Sequence record: NC_061443.1
Length of the DNA stretch: 64,000 bases
Strand: one strand, 5' to 3'
Below, one piece after another: positions 1-10,128 of the stretch. Each line of letters begins with the position of its first letter. Within the stretch, counting starts at the first letter, position 1. A program made the translations under genes and the position numbers. Below the pieces are notes generated by a model. That model was not told where the DNA came from and ran no database searches. It saw nothing but the letters and a program-made list of their open reading frames with translations.

Positions 1-327
1 AGGTTCAGGCACTTGCTTACTTGGGTCGAGGCCTACAACAGTCAGACCTGTTTCATCCACAGCGGTGACGAATGGCGATTCGAACTTATACTCCGAGCCA
101 CCAAACTTCGCTTCTTCCCACGTCACGTTGTCAGCACCAAGTTGATACATCTTCTTGGTCTCGGTGACGTAACACAACATCCCAGGCTTTTTATTACCTA
201 CGGACATTGCATCACGTAACGCGAGTGTAGCAAGACAACGCATACCCCCACGAAGATATACGTCTTCGAGGAGGTATGGAAGCGCTGCGGATGCTGGCAA
301 CAGGAACGAAGTCATGTATACCGGCAT
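1..327 (-). CDS. Virion/tail-fibre-associated protein, runs off the window edge (partial; not in ORF track)
   Basis: Hand translation from ATG at 327 (AGGAGA RBS upstream) is open to base 1: MPVYMTSFLLPASAALPYLLEDVYLRGGMRCLATLALRDAMSVGNKKPGMLCYVTETKKMYQLGADNVTWEE...; the GG..RDA..GM.CYV..YQL..W pattern is typical of short domains in phage fibre proteins. Confidence 0.55.
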   Translation of the reverse strand, partial: MPVYMTSFLLPASAALPYLLEDVYLRGGMRCLATLALRDAMSVGNKKPGMLCYVTETKKMYQLGADNVTWEEAKFGGSEYKFESPFVTAVDETGLTVVGLDPSKQVPEP

Positions 328-337
328 CTCTTTCTCC

Positions 338-3300
338 TTACGCGATACCTGAACTTGGGTTCGATGAACCGTAGGTCAGTTTAAACGTATACGCCAAGCT
401 ATCGAATGGGAAGTCGTTACGGTAGATAACGTAATCGACACCGTTGATAACGACCTCAGCAGGACCTGCAAAGTTGAAGTCATCGAACTCCAACGCACCA
501 TCCCATGAACCAGCGAAGCCCTGAACAGATTCGACAAAGTAACCATAGCCGAGAGACTTAGGCCACGCGACGTAGAAGAACACGCCGTTCGAACTCGTAC
601 TGGTATTCGCAGGACAGTTCAAGAGTTGCTGTCCTGTCAGAGTCAACGCAGTTTGCAGACCTGCAACGAACGCAGCATCGTAGCCAGAGATAGCTTTGAT
701 TTTAGAATGCGAACCGAAGCGAGCACCCAGATCAGAAACCTGCTCAGGCTTGAGCGTAACGTCTTTAGTTGCCGTAACAGTCTTACCGTTCTTAACGTAA
801 GTCACGGTGATTGTCACTACAGCGTCAGCAGTCACCTTGTTGGATTTCAACGAACCGCCTACAACACTCAGGCCAGTCACAGTACCAGACTTCACAGCTA
901 CTGCCCACGTGGTGCCAGAATCAGCAGTCACATCAGGAGTAGTACCATCAGACATAGTAGCCGTTGCAGTGTATGCAGTAGTCACGCCGCCGATGATTGA
1001 AGCAGGACCCGTGATGGTTACAGAGTCAGGGGTCGCAGGAGCTGGAGTGTTCGTTACAGTCAGGGTCGCTGTTTGCGTCTGGCTATTATACGAAGCAGTA
1101 CCAGTAATCACCGCAGTCTGAACCGTAGTCACAGTGTTACCTGTGATGGTGTTGTTGCCGTTGAACGTAAAGCCAGTAGTAGAACCGGAGCTACGCGTAA
1201 CAACAGGCGTCAGGTCAACCGTCGTACTGTCTGAGAAAGTCAGGCGAAGAATGTAAGTACCAGTCTCACCTTTGTTCACAGCAGTCGGACCGATAAGCTC
1301 GCGCTTAGTGATGGTCGCAGACTGGTTGATAATCTGAATCGTCTTCTCAGGCGCATACGTCTGGCCATCAACAACGACGTTAGCAGCGCGAAGAATCACG
1401 GTCTGGTTCTGAGTGATGGAGTTCGGAGCAGAGGTCAGCTTCGCACGAGTCGAAGTAGTACCAACACCCAGAGTCACATACGCAGCACCTTGAGGCAAGG
1501 ACCAAGTAGGCAGGGAAGCATACTCAACCTGTGCACCAGACAGACGAGTCACACGCACCAGATAGTCACCAGAAGCAGTGCCCTCAGTGATAGAGTCTGC
1601 ACCAATGACTTCAACAGCACTCACATCATCGGTAGGACCGACTACGGTGAATTGTACGCTGCCAGTTTTCGATACAGCACCAACAGTTGCTACAACGTTA
1701 AGCTGGAAGGTCAGTGTGCCGAAGAATCCGGTCAGTGCCGTCTTAGTGCGGATGCGCCAGCCAGTTGTTCCACCAGCAACGATCTCAAAGTAGGTCTGAG
1801 CCGCAGTGGAGAGCGTGTAGCTGAGTTCGCCGCTTGTACCCTCACGGGTAGATGAATCAGAGAACGTCAGGGTACTATGCAGATCGCGTGTTACAGCAGC
1901 CGCAGTACCGAAGTCGAACGCAGGAGCTGGAGCCAGAGGCTGGACACTCAACAGCGTAATGACAATGATATTCTTAATCAGCACGGACTTCTGCGCGTTA
2001 CGTCCATCGAAAGTAGCACGAATCAGAACAGTTGTGTCCTGAGTCACTTCGCCGGCAGACAGCACACCCGTTTGAGCGATGCTTGCCACTGCGCTACCTT
2101 GAATGACTGCCCAAGTAGGAGCAGACACTTGACGCTCTGAACCATCAGAAAGAATCTCCCACGCTGTGTAGGTCTGCGTAGTGTTTTCATTCATTTGGTC
2201 AGCACCACGAACTTCCAGAGAAGTCACGACCGGCGGGTTACCGACGATAGTTACGTTCTGCGTGGCAGTCTTAGTGATACCGTTTTCAGTGTACGACGCA
2301 TAGATCGTTACGCTGGTGTTTGCGATGTTTACCGCACCTGCAATCAGATTAGAGTTGTTGAACTCCGCATAGATTGAAGCCTGTTGCAGACGGAACTCGT
2401 TAGGACTGATAGTTGCCGTGTGTCCATCAGAGTAGGTTGCCAGCACCGTGTATGGTGTAGTGGTCTTCTCTTGAACGGACGACGGACCGACGATCTTAAT
2501 GCTCGACAGGTCAACTACAGGCACAACGTTAACGATAGTGATATCGAGAGTTGCAGTCTTCGTGATGCCGTTCTCCGTGTACGTTGCAGACAGCTTCACA
2601 GGAATGTCAGAAGACACCTTACCTGCGTTAACAGTCTTGTTCACGATAGTAACAACATCCAGACGGTCAGCGGTGAACGTCAGTGGGTCAATCAGTTTGG
2701 TAGTGCCATCCGAGTAAGAGGCAAGGAACGTATAGTTCGCGCTTTCTTCGCTGCGGATTGTGTTAGCACCCTGAATCACCAGAGAGGTCAGCACAACGGC
2801 TTCGGTCTCTTTTAGAATCGTGACGTTCTTCGTACCAGTCACTGTCTGGTCGGCAGTAATGTACGTTGCAGTCAGGACGATCTGACGATCAGAAACTGTT
2901 TCTTTACGCGCTGTAACCACGTTACCACTGATGGTGGTGTACGTTGTAGGAGCAGCAACGAAAGAGTTCTGCGTCACCATTTCGGTATCGCCGTTCGACC
3001 ACGTAATACGGAACGTGTAGCTTGCGCTTTGCTGGGACGCGATGGTAGAAGCACCAAGCACTTCGAGCAACGTGATCAACTGAGCTTTAACCGTTACGTT
3101 CTTGTTCGCAGTAAAGGTCACACCGTTGTAGACATACGTGGCAGTCAGCTTGACGACAGTATCGACAGAGACTTTCTTACCAGTACCCTGCAGGCCAACG
3201 AGGTCCAGAGCAGCAGCGTTATCAACCACGAAGTTCGTAGGCATGATAGTAGCAACGTTGCCAGACTTATAGCGAGCAGTAACGGTGTAGGTTTCTTTCT

Positions 3301-4348
3301 GCTTATAGAACAGCGTACCTGTACCAACGATAGCGATAGATACCAGCTCGTCGTCAGTGATGAACGTGTTCTTGATCAGCAGGTCGTAAGTGGCAGTTAC
3401 CCAGTTACCATAAACAGGGTCACGCTTACGCGCAGTCACTTTCAACACAACATCGGCCGCTAGATCAGGCGCAGTGACAGTACCATCCTGTGTGATAGTC
3501 ACACCGATTACGTTCTGTTCGATAGACCACTCAACGCCAGCAGGGTTGTGTTCAATGCTGTTGGACCATTCAGCGTCGATGTTCAGTTTGACGCTACTGT
3601 TATCCGACATGTAACTTGCGTTGCCAGGCAGGCTGATACGCAGGTTCATCAGGTGAGGTGATTCCCACTCGACGTTATCAGCAGAAGGCTTGACCCACTT
3701 ACCGATATACTTGTTAGGATTGGCAGGGTCCTGATCAACGATGGCCAGCACGTAACCCTCTTGCGGTTCGTTAGAGCTTGCGACTTCAACGAATGCAGTA
3801 GAGTTCAGGCGAATCATGGTACGCGCGTAGTCTGCGTGATCGTGGTTCGTTGGATAACGCGCATTGCTCATGCGAGTATCAGAGCTTGACACAGCTACCG
3901 TTTCCGCAGCAGAAGCAGGTTCGTCTTTAGTGACTACGCTACCCAGACGGCTGGTGGTCGCATGTGGAATCTCAAGGTCACCAACTTCGATGCCCAGGTC
4001 TCCTGCGTTCTCAACAACGAAGCGGAAGAACTGTTTCTGATTGAACAGCAGCGCGTAGTCATTCACGGTTACCCATGAGCCGCGGTGGTTACCATCAGAC
4101 ACGGCAGAGGTACGACGCAGCACATACATATACTGCGGGCTACCTACGTTGGCGTCAATCCAAATCAGGTTGTACGGCTTTTCAGAAAACGACGGCTCTG
4201 TCATAGACACGATAACCTGATGCACTTCCGTTTGATCGTTCGCGTTAGGACGGAACAAGAAAGTGATTGGGTTACGTGGCGTCAGACCGCGTGTGCGAGC
4301 CAGGCCGATATACTGTTTAGCAAAGCCGTCGATCGTGGTTACGCTCAT
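338..4348 (-). CDS. Large tail fibre/whisker-type adhesin with about 10 Ig-like repeats
   Basis: 1336 aa, T/V/S-rich. Repeated ~90 aa units I.G...i....T..YTv.A.ySDG (e.g. SIKIVGPSSVQEKTTTPYTVLATYSDG). N-terminal module shared with the next two genes, C-terminal module shared with 5661..6356. Confidence 0.75.
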   Translation of the reverse strand: MSVTTIDGFAKQYIGLARTRGLTPRNPITFLFRPNANDQTEVHQVIVSMTEPSFSEKPYNLIWIDANVGSPQYMYVLRRTSAVSDGNHRGSWVTVNDYALLFNQKQFFRFVVENAGDLGIEVGDLEIPHATTSRLGSVVTKDEPASAAETVAVSSSDTRMSNARYPTNHDHADYARTMIRLNSTAFVEVASSNEPQEGYVLAIVDQDPANPNKYIGKWVKPSADNVEWESPHLMNLRISLPGNASYMSDNSSVKLNIDAEWSNSIEHNPAGVEWSIEQNVIGVTITQDGTVTAPDLAADVVLKVTARKRDPVYGNWVTATYDLLIKNTFITDDELVSIAIVGTGTLFYKQKETYTVTARYKSGNVATIMPTNFVVDNAAALDLVGLQGTGKKVSVDTVVKLTATYVYNGVTFTANKNVTVKAQLITLLEVLGASTIASQQSASYTFRITWSNGDTEMVTQNSFVAAPTTYTTISGNVVTARKETVSDRQIVLTATYITADQTVTGTKNVTILKETEAVVLTSLVIQGANTIRSEESANYTFLASYSDGTTKLIDPLTFTADRLDVVTIVNKTVNAGKVSSDIPVKLSATYTENGITKTATLDITIVNVVPVVDLSSIKIVGPSSVQEKTTTPYTVLATYSDGHTATISPNEFRLQQASIYAEFNNSNLIAGAVNIANTSVTIYASYTENGITKTATQNVTIVGNPPVVTSLEVRGADQMNENTTQTYTAWEILSDGSERQVSAPTWAVIQGSAVASIAQTGVLSAGEVTQDTTVLIRATFDGRNAQKSVLIKNIIVITLLSVQPLAPAPAFDFGTAAAVTRDLHSTLTFSDSSTREGTSGELSYTLSTAAQTYFEIVAGGTTGWRIRTKTALTGFFGTLTFQLNVVATVGAVSKTGSVQFTVVGPTDDVSAVEVIGADSITEGTASGDYLVRVTRLSGAQVEYASLPTWSLPQGAAYVTLGVGTTSTRAKLTSAPNSITQNQTVILRAANVVVDGQTYAPEKTIQIINQSATITKRELIGPTAVNKGETGTYILRLTFSDSTTVDLTPVVTRSSGSTTGFTFNGNNTITGNTVTTVQTAVITGTASYNSQTQTATLTVTNTPAPATPDSVTITGPASIIGGVTTAYTATATMSDGTTPDVTADSGTTWAVAVKSGTVTGLSVVGGSLKSNKVTADAVVTITVTYVKNGKTVTATKDVTLKPEQVSDLGARFGSHSKIKAISGYDAAFVAGLQTALTLTGQQLLNCPANTSTSSNGVFFYVAWPKSLGYGYFVESVQGFAGSWDGALEFDDFNFAGPAEVVINGVDYVIYRNDFPFDSLAYTFKLTYGSSNPSSGIA

Positions 4349-4351
4349 TCA

Positions 4352-4978
4352 TTATTCTCCAAGAATGTCGGTCGCAATCAGATGGCCGTATGATGCTTTC
4401 ACGTTAGTGTCAGCGATGAACGTAGAACCGTTGTCGCCAACGTCTGCATCCATGTTCACTTTATCCTGCACGGTCTTCACTTCAACCAGCGGCTTCTCTG
4501 GGTGCATTTCATCATGCGGTAGAGGAGAACGCTTGTCGGTGTTACGTGGGTCAGTAACTGACACGAACGTAGGTCGACCAACGGCAGCAGGCTCAGCAGT
4601 CAGACGAGCAATACCGTATTCATCAACAGACGCATTCGGTACATCTTCGGTGCCGCTGATATCAGACGGATCGTAATACTGAGGAGCCCAGAACGAGTTG
4701 AAGTTCTTCACTTCTTCCCACGTATTCTGGAAACCACCAGCAGGTGTCTTAGACTTACGCGCAAGGAACTTACGATAGAAAACACTATCGCGTACCATGC
4801 ACAGCCATACGACGTTCATCGGCAGCACAATGCCTACAGGTTCTTCCTGCGCAATGATGTGCGTACAACTGATGTTCAGCGTTGGGTTAATCTGACGAAC
4901 AACCTGCTCTTTCGCAGTGTCATCCATAAAGCCCGTAACGCCCAACAGAGCAGCAGCGATATCGTTCAAGGTAGTCAT
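4352..4978 (-). CDS. Tail-fibre-associated structural protein (paralogue of the N-terminus of 338..4348)
   Basis: Shares the W-x(n)-R-x(n)-W block and NAS..G.ARL..EP...D.R..R.P..H motif with its neighbours; HPEKP shared with 4988..5626. Confidence 0.5.
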   Translation of the reverse strand: MTTLNDIAAALLGVTGFMDDTAKEQVVRQINPTLNISCTHIIAQEEPVGIVLPMNVVWLCMVRDSVFYRKFLARKSKTPAGGFQNTWEEVKNFNSFWAPQYYDPSDISGTEDVPNASVDEYGIARLTAEPAAVGRPTFVSVTDPRNTDKRSPLPHDEMHPEKPLVEVKTVQDKVNMDADVGDNGSTFIADTNVKASYGHLIATDILGE

Positions 4979-4987
4979 AGCCGCTCC

Positions 4988-5626
4988 TTAATCAGTTGGT
5001 TGGCCGAGTTCAGATTCACGCACCTTACGCCACTGGAGCGTACTGTCTTCAAATACCATTACCTGATTCACTTGAGGAACCAGCTGGTCTTTGATAGGCA
5101 CATGTTCTTCGCCAAAGCTACCATTGATACTGATCATGGTTGCAGGCTTCTCAGGGTGAGTGTGGTCAAGCGGGTCACGATTGTTAGTGAGTGTTTCGTC
5201 ACCTTCAATCAGTACACGCGACTCGGCTTCTGGATAAGACAGATAGCCAACACCACGGGTCAAGCTGGTGGCCAGAGGCGGCAGCGAGCGGTTGATGATT
5301 TGCAGATCGTTCGGGTCATACGTCTGTTCCATCATGGCATCATCATAGAAATAGAGCGCAGTCCAAACATCTTTGTACGGGTCTGAGTTGTCTTTCGCAG
5401 TACGCTTGAAGGCGGTACCGAACGTCGGCGACTCAGGGTTGTAGTCAATCCAAATCGCATTGATTGGAAGGACCACGTAACGCGGAACTGCATACGAGCA
5501 GTAGAACAACAGACCTAACTGCGAGCCTTCCAGAGGAAGACGGAACATGATCGGGTTCTTGTTCTGCTGGTGGATATTCGTAAGCAACTCAACGTTACTG
5601 ATGAACTGTTCAAGTTTCAGTTCCAT
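4988..5626 (-). CDS. Tail-fibre-associated structural protein (paralogue)
   Basis: IWIDYNPESP matches IWIDANVGSP of 338..4348; RDPLDHTHPEKP matches RYPTNHDH / RSPLPHDEMHPEKP. Confidence 0.5.
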   Translation of the reverse strand: MELKLEQFISNVELLTNIHQQNKNPIMFRLPLEGSQLGLLFYCSYAVPRYVVLPINAIWIDYNPESPTFGTAFKRTAKDNSDPYKDVWTALYFYDDAMMEQTYDPNDLQIINRSLPPLATSLTRGVGYLSYPEAESRVLIEGDETLTNNRDPLDHTHPEKPATMISINGSFGEEHVPIKDQLVPQVNQVMVFEDSTLQWRKVRESELGQPTD

Positions 5627-5660
5627 TGTGTTCTCCGTTTACCAGAAGCGGTAGTTAAAA

Positions 5661-6356
5661 TTATACAGGGTCACCGGACTTCGGACTGGTGGAACCGTAT
5701 TTAATGCGGAACACGTAGTCAAGACTATCGAATGGGAAGTCATTGCGATAGACGACATAATCAAAGCCACCCAGTGAAACCTCAGCCGCGCCTTCGAAGT
5801 TGAAGTCATTAAACTCCATCGCACCATCCCACGAGCCTGAGAAGCCTTGTGCTGTCTCTTGGAAATATCCATAGAGCAGACGCTTTGGCCAAGCAACGTA
5901 GAAGAAGCGATTGTTGTCTGACGTAGACTGGTTAGGAGGACAGGTGATAAGCTGAGGACTCGACTCACCCAGAACAGTAGGCAGCGAGCGGAAGAAGGTA
6001 TCGTTATAGTCAAGCAACGACAACACTTTATCGTGAATACCAAAGCGTGGGCCATACTCACCACTGAACGGCACAGACACACGTACCTTATTCGAAGTTG
6101 AGTTCAGGACAGTGCTGACGTTATAGGCTTTGGCTACGATATCATGCTCACCTGTATCAAACGGCAGAGTGAAGTCGAAATAGGCAGTCGTACCTGACGT
6201 AGGCATATCAAGTTTCTTGAGCACCGTACCGGCAGCGTTTTCAATCTGGAGCGCACCACGCAGAGGCGGGTTATCCATAGTGACCAAGAAGCGCAGCTCC
6301 TTGTTACGCAGCGAGAAGCAGTATTCCAAGTTACCTTGAATGGTCAAAGTAAGCAT
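5661..6356 (-). CDS. Structural protein with one Ig-like domain plus the same C-terminal domain as 338..4348
   Basis: FFYVAWPK.L.YGYF.E..QGF.GSWDGA.EF.DFNF.G.AEV...G.DYV.YRNDFPFDSL.Y.F...YGS present in both proteins. Confidence 0.55.
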   Translation of the reverse strand: MLTLTIQGNLEYCFSLRNKELRFLVTMDNPPLRGALQIENAAGTVLKKLDMPTSGTTAYFDFTLPFDTGEHDIVAKAYNVSTVLNSTSNKVRVSVPFSGEYGPRFGIHDKVLSLLDYNDTFFRSLPTVLGESSPQLITCPPNQSTSDNNRFFYVAWPKRLLYGYFQETAQGFSGSWDGAMEFNDFNFEGAAEVSLGGFDYVVYRNDFPFDSLDYVFRIKYGSTSPKSGDPV

Positions 6357-6372
6357 AGAACCTCACAATACG

Positions 6373-6399
6373 AAAAAGGAGGACCGAAGCCCTCCTTTT
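6373..6399 (-). terminator. Rho-independent terminator after the tail sheath gene
   Basis: Minus strand AAAAGGAGGGCTTCGGTCCTCCTTTTT: stem with C(UUCG)G loop and U tract. Confidence 0.85.
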
Positions 6400-6403
6400 G
6401 TGA

Positions 6404-8080
6404 TTACAGACTCAGACTTGTGGAGGTACTGCCTGACGGGTTGATATTGAAACGATAGATCAGACGCTTCGTGGTGCGCGTCGGGTCTAACACGATATCC
6501 AGAATCAGGTCGCCGTTGGCAATAGTCTGGTTCGTGTTGTTGACTTCGTTACAAACAACCTGATAGCCCTGCGAGCCGGAAGCACCGCCACGAAGACCAC
6601 GAGCAAGTTTAATCTCCTCGAGGAACTTCTCAACGATACCTTGCAGGTAGCCACGAAGGATAGCATCGTTCGGGTCGAACAAGCCAACCTTACAAGTGCG
6701 GTGACATACTTCAAGCACGTAACCGACCATACGCTGAATCTGAATCTGCTGGAAGGCAGAGTTCATGTTATACTGCGTACTGGCTTCCCACACCGCGTAA
6801 CCACCACCAGAAATGTCAGGCAGTTTGCGAATGTAGTTGACCTGCTCGCGGGTCATAGCATCACGGTCATCCTGATCATACTTCTGAGCGATAGCCAAGA
6901 AGTCGAGAGGCGCAGACGCAGTGATACCAGCAGGTGCGAACCACGTACCACGGTTGTTGTCAGTAAACGCGAACACAGCACAGATCTGGCCGACACATGC
7001 TGTCCACAAATAGCGGCCAGTATCTTCATCGAAGATTTTAATGTCAGGCGTATAGAGTGCCATGTTCGTGTCGTTCACGTTCAACGTCTGACGGCGATAG
7101 CGAATCGCTTTAGACACAGACTGCTCGGCAGAAGGGATGCCGCAGATAACGAAGCAGTTGATGTGCGCAGCAGCCGCCGCTTTCATGCCTCGGTGGATGA
7201 TGTAATCCTGTGTAGGACTGATCAGCAACGTCACACGAACTTCTTCAGGGTCACCGAAGTAATCCTGATACGCTTGCGCCAGTTGGTCGGAACCAACAGT
7301 GTCACCGTCTGAACCACCCTGGAAGAAGATGAAGTCAGAAGTGAAGAAGTCGATATCAGTCGTGAAGTATTCATTACGAATGAAACGGAAGTTGGAGCTT
7401 TCGTTTTCCATCGCGTAATCAATACGGTACTGACGTTCAAATTCATCAGCGTAATCAAACAGACTGCATTGGTAACTGTTTACCGGGGCGCTGCCTGCCT
7501 GATAGTTTTCGTATTCGTCAACGTAGAACAGTTTCGTGTTATACTTCGTGCGGTCATCGAACGGGTCGAGTCCACGAGGAGTAGCAGGACGAATCTGCAA
7601 TGACATTGCATTGTTCCAGTCGCCCGGGTTTTCCAGAATGATGTAACCAATGACGTTCTCATTCAGTGGGTCATCAGGCAGGAAGCCGAGTTGGTCTGGA
7701 GAATCAACACCAACAATGTTACCTTCATCGTCAGTGTACGGAGTGATGCGCAGCACAGGCTGTACAGCAGTCGCGTCATCCACAGTCAGAACACCAACCG
7801 CATATTTCGCGTTTTTAGTCACACGAACGTATTTGAGCTGGTTGGTTTGTTTTGCTACAGGCAGCGCTAAATATAAGCCGAGGCCATACTTGGGATCTTT
7901 TGCACCGAAGATGTTTTTCAAATCATCTTTATTACGCACATCAACACGCTGATTGACAGGACCTCGACGGGCCTGACCAACGATGCCTACGACGGACGTA
8001 GATAAAGACGTTGCACCAACGGAGAGATCCCGTACGCCAGTGTAGACACCAGCAGAGGAATGCGTTGAGTTAACGGGCAT
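6404..8080 (-). CDS. Contractile tail sheath protein (start corrected to MPVNSTHS at 8080)
   Basis: N-terminal S.GVY...DLS..T.VVGIVG.A.RGPVN, FG..DPKY, WFAPAG, and C-terminal DAI.R...FL..IK..RG....VVC...NNT...I..G.LI.DI...P.....LI.RF match the sheath pattern; AAGGAG RBS before 8080. Confidence 0.92.
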   Translation of the reverse strand: MPVNSTHSSAGVYTGVRDLSVGATSLSTSVVGIVGQARRGPVNQRVDVRNKDDLKNIFGAKDPKYGLGLYLALPVAKQTNQLKYVRVTKNAKYAVGVLTVDDATAVQPVLRITPYTDDEGNIVGVDSPDQLGFLPDDPLNENVIGYIILENPGDWNNAMSLQIRPATPRGLDPFDDRTKYNTKLFYVDEYENYQAGSAPVNSYQCSLFDYADEFERQYRIDYAMENESSNFRFIRNEYFTTDIDFFTSDFIFFQGGSDGDTVGSDQLAQAYQDYFGDPEEVRVTLLISPTQDYIIHRGMKAAAAAHINCFVICGIPSAEQSVSKAIRYRRQTLNVNDTNMALYTPDIKIFDEDTGRYLWTACVGQICAVFAFTDNNRGTWFAPAGITASAPLDFLAIAQKYDQDDRDAMTREQVNYIRKLPDISGGGYAVWEASTQYNMNSAFQQIQIQRMVGYVLEVCHRTCKVGLFDPNDAILRGYLQGIVEKFLEEIKLARGLRGGASGSQGYQVVCNEVNNTNQTIANGDLILDIVLDPTRTTKRLIYRFNINPSGSTSTSLSL

Positions 8081-8134
8081 GTTTCGTCTCCTTATATGAC
8101 TGTCTGAAATTATCGTATAAGAGACTAGAAACGC

Positions 8135-8166
8135 AAAAGGGGCAGCCGAAGCCACCCCTTTGTTTT
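8135..8166 (-). terminator. Rho-independent terminator
   Basis: Minus strand AAGGGGTGGCTTCGGCTGCCCCTTTT. Confidence 0.8.
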
Positions 8167-9265
8167 AACAGTCACAACCTACTGAATCGAAGTCCAGTTT
8201 CAGGCCAGGATAGAGTTGGTTGAACTCCTCCAGAGGCATATTGAAACCAGCAGCACTTGGATGGCCGTCGCCACCACGCGAACGCGCAATGAAACGAGCA
8301 CTACCAATATGACCTTCAGGATAGCCTTTTGAGCGGCAGCTAACGTAAACCTTAGTCGGATCACGATGGCCTTTGCGTACCAGCATCACTGTTTGGAAGT
8401 GATCGTAGTTCTCATAGACATACGTGCCTGTCTCGGACGCAATGCCTTTGTCACAAGGCACGACTGCATGTTTAACGCCAATCAGATGATTAGGCTCCGA
8501 GAAGAAGCTGTTGGTATCAATCAGGCCACGAATCGTTTCATTGCGTTCTTCAATGTTAATGAAGCCCTGAGCAATGATTGCTTCGATATCCCCAGTCAGG
8601 ATGATCTTGTACGCAGCACGGACGGTAGGAGGCATTTCAGTGTAGATGTGACCACACTTCTCTACTTCCTTGAACACGTCCTTAACGTAACCTTCATAAT
8701 AAGCAAAGGCACGTTTGTTATCACGCTGCCACAGGTCGCGGTCAGATACCAGTTGAGCACTGCGAATAATGTTATTCGTACAGGCGTACTGGTGCTGTTG
8801 GAACTCTGACACATGCGCCATGTAGGCAAGCAACGCACCACTCCCACCAGCTTTGAAAGTAAGTCCCAATGGAGATACGTCCAGCGCAGCACACTCTTTA
8901 GCATACAGCTCTGGGTCGCGGCAGTCATGGTGGTCAAGCACCTTGAAGTTACCGCCGAAGCGTTTAGTCATAACAGCCATCTGACGTTCGGTCAGAGAGA
9001 AGTCAACGACGACAACGCGCGTATACTCTGAGGGCTCACCGATTAACTTACCATCGGCGTCTTTCGTTAGGTCACTGAGTTTGATACCTTCGAGACCCTT
9101 CATGTCTTCGAACTTAGTACCGTCGGCAGTAACGATATCCCCTTGGTCATTAGAGTACATGGCCGGATAGAAATGGAGAGTATCGTTCGGGTATGCAAGT
9201 GCTGTAATGGCAGCAGCGAAACTACCATCAGCACATCCTTGATGATAGACAACAAGTGTAGTCAT
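8165..9265 (-). CDS. DHH/DHHA1 family phosphoesterase
   Basis: Motifs YH.GCADG, VVDFS, LDHH, SDRDLW and DHHA1 GGDGHPSAAGF. Confidence 0.85.
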   Translation of the reverse strand: MTTLVVYHQGCADGSFAAAITALAYPNDTLHFYPAMYSNDQGDIVTADGTKFEDMKGLEGIKLSDLTKDADGKLIGEPSEYTRVVVVDFSLTERQMAVMTKRFGGNFKVLDHHDCRDPELYAKECAALDVSPLGLTFKAGGSGALLAYMAHVSEFQQHQYACTNNIIRSAQLVSDRDLWQRDNKRAFAYYEGYVKDVFKEVEKCGHIYTEMPPTVRAAYKIILTGDIEAIIAQGFINIEERNETIRGLIDTNSFFSEPNHLIGVKHAVVPCDKGIASETGTYVYENYDHFQTVMLVRKGHRDPTKVYVSCRSKGYPEGHIGSARFIARSRGGDGHPSAAGFNMPLEEFNQLYPGLKLDFDSVGCDC

Positions 9266-9267
9266 GA

Positions 9268-10128
9268 CTAAACCCAGTGGTTATTGTGATTTGCTCCAGA
9301 TTGGACGCTATTCAAATGCTCGCGCATCTGACGTAGGCCCGCCAGCGTCTGCTCCAATGAAACGCGATACTGTTCGGACGCCGTGCTTTCCCCGTAATGG
9401 AGGGAGAGAATGTACAATGACCATTCTTCCGACTGGCGCAGGCGCTCCATTTTCTTATAAAGGATTTGACGACGTTCACGAGCACGTAACAGACGTTGCA
9501 TTAAATTAAGTGGTTCGTGAGATTTTTGCAGCAATTCAATGTGAATAGCATCCAGTCGCTCATAATCCAAACGAGCCAAGGCATCTTTGGCTTCAAGGAA
9601 GAGTTTGGTACGACGCAGCGCTTCTTCCACTGACTGGTTACGACACTTATCAGGATGCGTGATGCGAGCAATAGCTTTGTAGACAGCTTTGCACTTTCGA
9701 GCCAGGACGGCACGTGACCACTGCTCGTGTTCGGCCATCTGGTCGGCGTCTGCTTCGTTATCCTGAGTCTCGTGATCAGTGTCTTCAACGAACGCATCTT
9801 CCATGACCTTTTTGATATCGTCTGCGTTGGCTTGATCTTCCAAGTCATCGGAATTAGCCATAGACAATACCATCGCCTGAATCTCATTGTTCAGGATTTC
9901 AATCTCTGCGATGATAGGACGATGTTCTTTATTCAGACCGTCCACCAGCTTTGTAACACGTTCGCAGTCAGCGCCGTATCGTAGTTCCAACGCAGCAACT
10001 TCTTCGAGAATTTCAGCAAGCGTTTCGCCTGTGTCTTCTTCGAATTGTTCAACCGCATCTACCATTTCAGTAGAATCGGTGTACAGCACAGGGAGTTGAG
10101 GGATAACCATCAACTGAGTATTTGTCAT
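9268..10128 (-). CDS. J-domain (DnaJ-type Hsp70 co-chaperone) protein with acidic coiled-coil N-terminus
   Basis: KAVYKAIARITHPDK...F.EAKDAL: HPD motif in J-domain helical context. Confidence 0.75.
   Translation of the reverse strand: MTNTQLMVIPQLPVLYTDSTEMVDAVEQFEEDTGETLAEILEEVAALELRYGADCERVTKLVDGLNKEHRPIIAEIEILNNEIQAMVLSMANSDDLEDQANADDIKKVMEDAFVEDTDHETQDNEADADQMAEHEQWSRAVLARKCKAVYKAIARITHPDKCRNQSVEEALRRTKLFLEAKDALARLDYERLDAIHIELLQKSHEPLNLMQRLLRARERRQILYKKMERLRQSEEWSLYILSLHYGESTASEQYRVSLEQTLAGLRQMREHLNSVQSGANHNNHWV

Noticed and set aside
730-3660. Diversity-generating retroelement-type template/variable repeats in the fibre gene
   Set aside because: The repeats are protein-level Ig units with diverged DNA; there is no reverse transcriptase and no near-identical nucleotide repeat pair differing at adenines.
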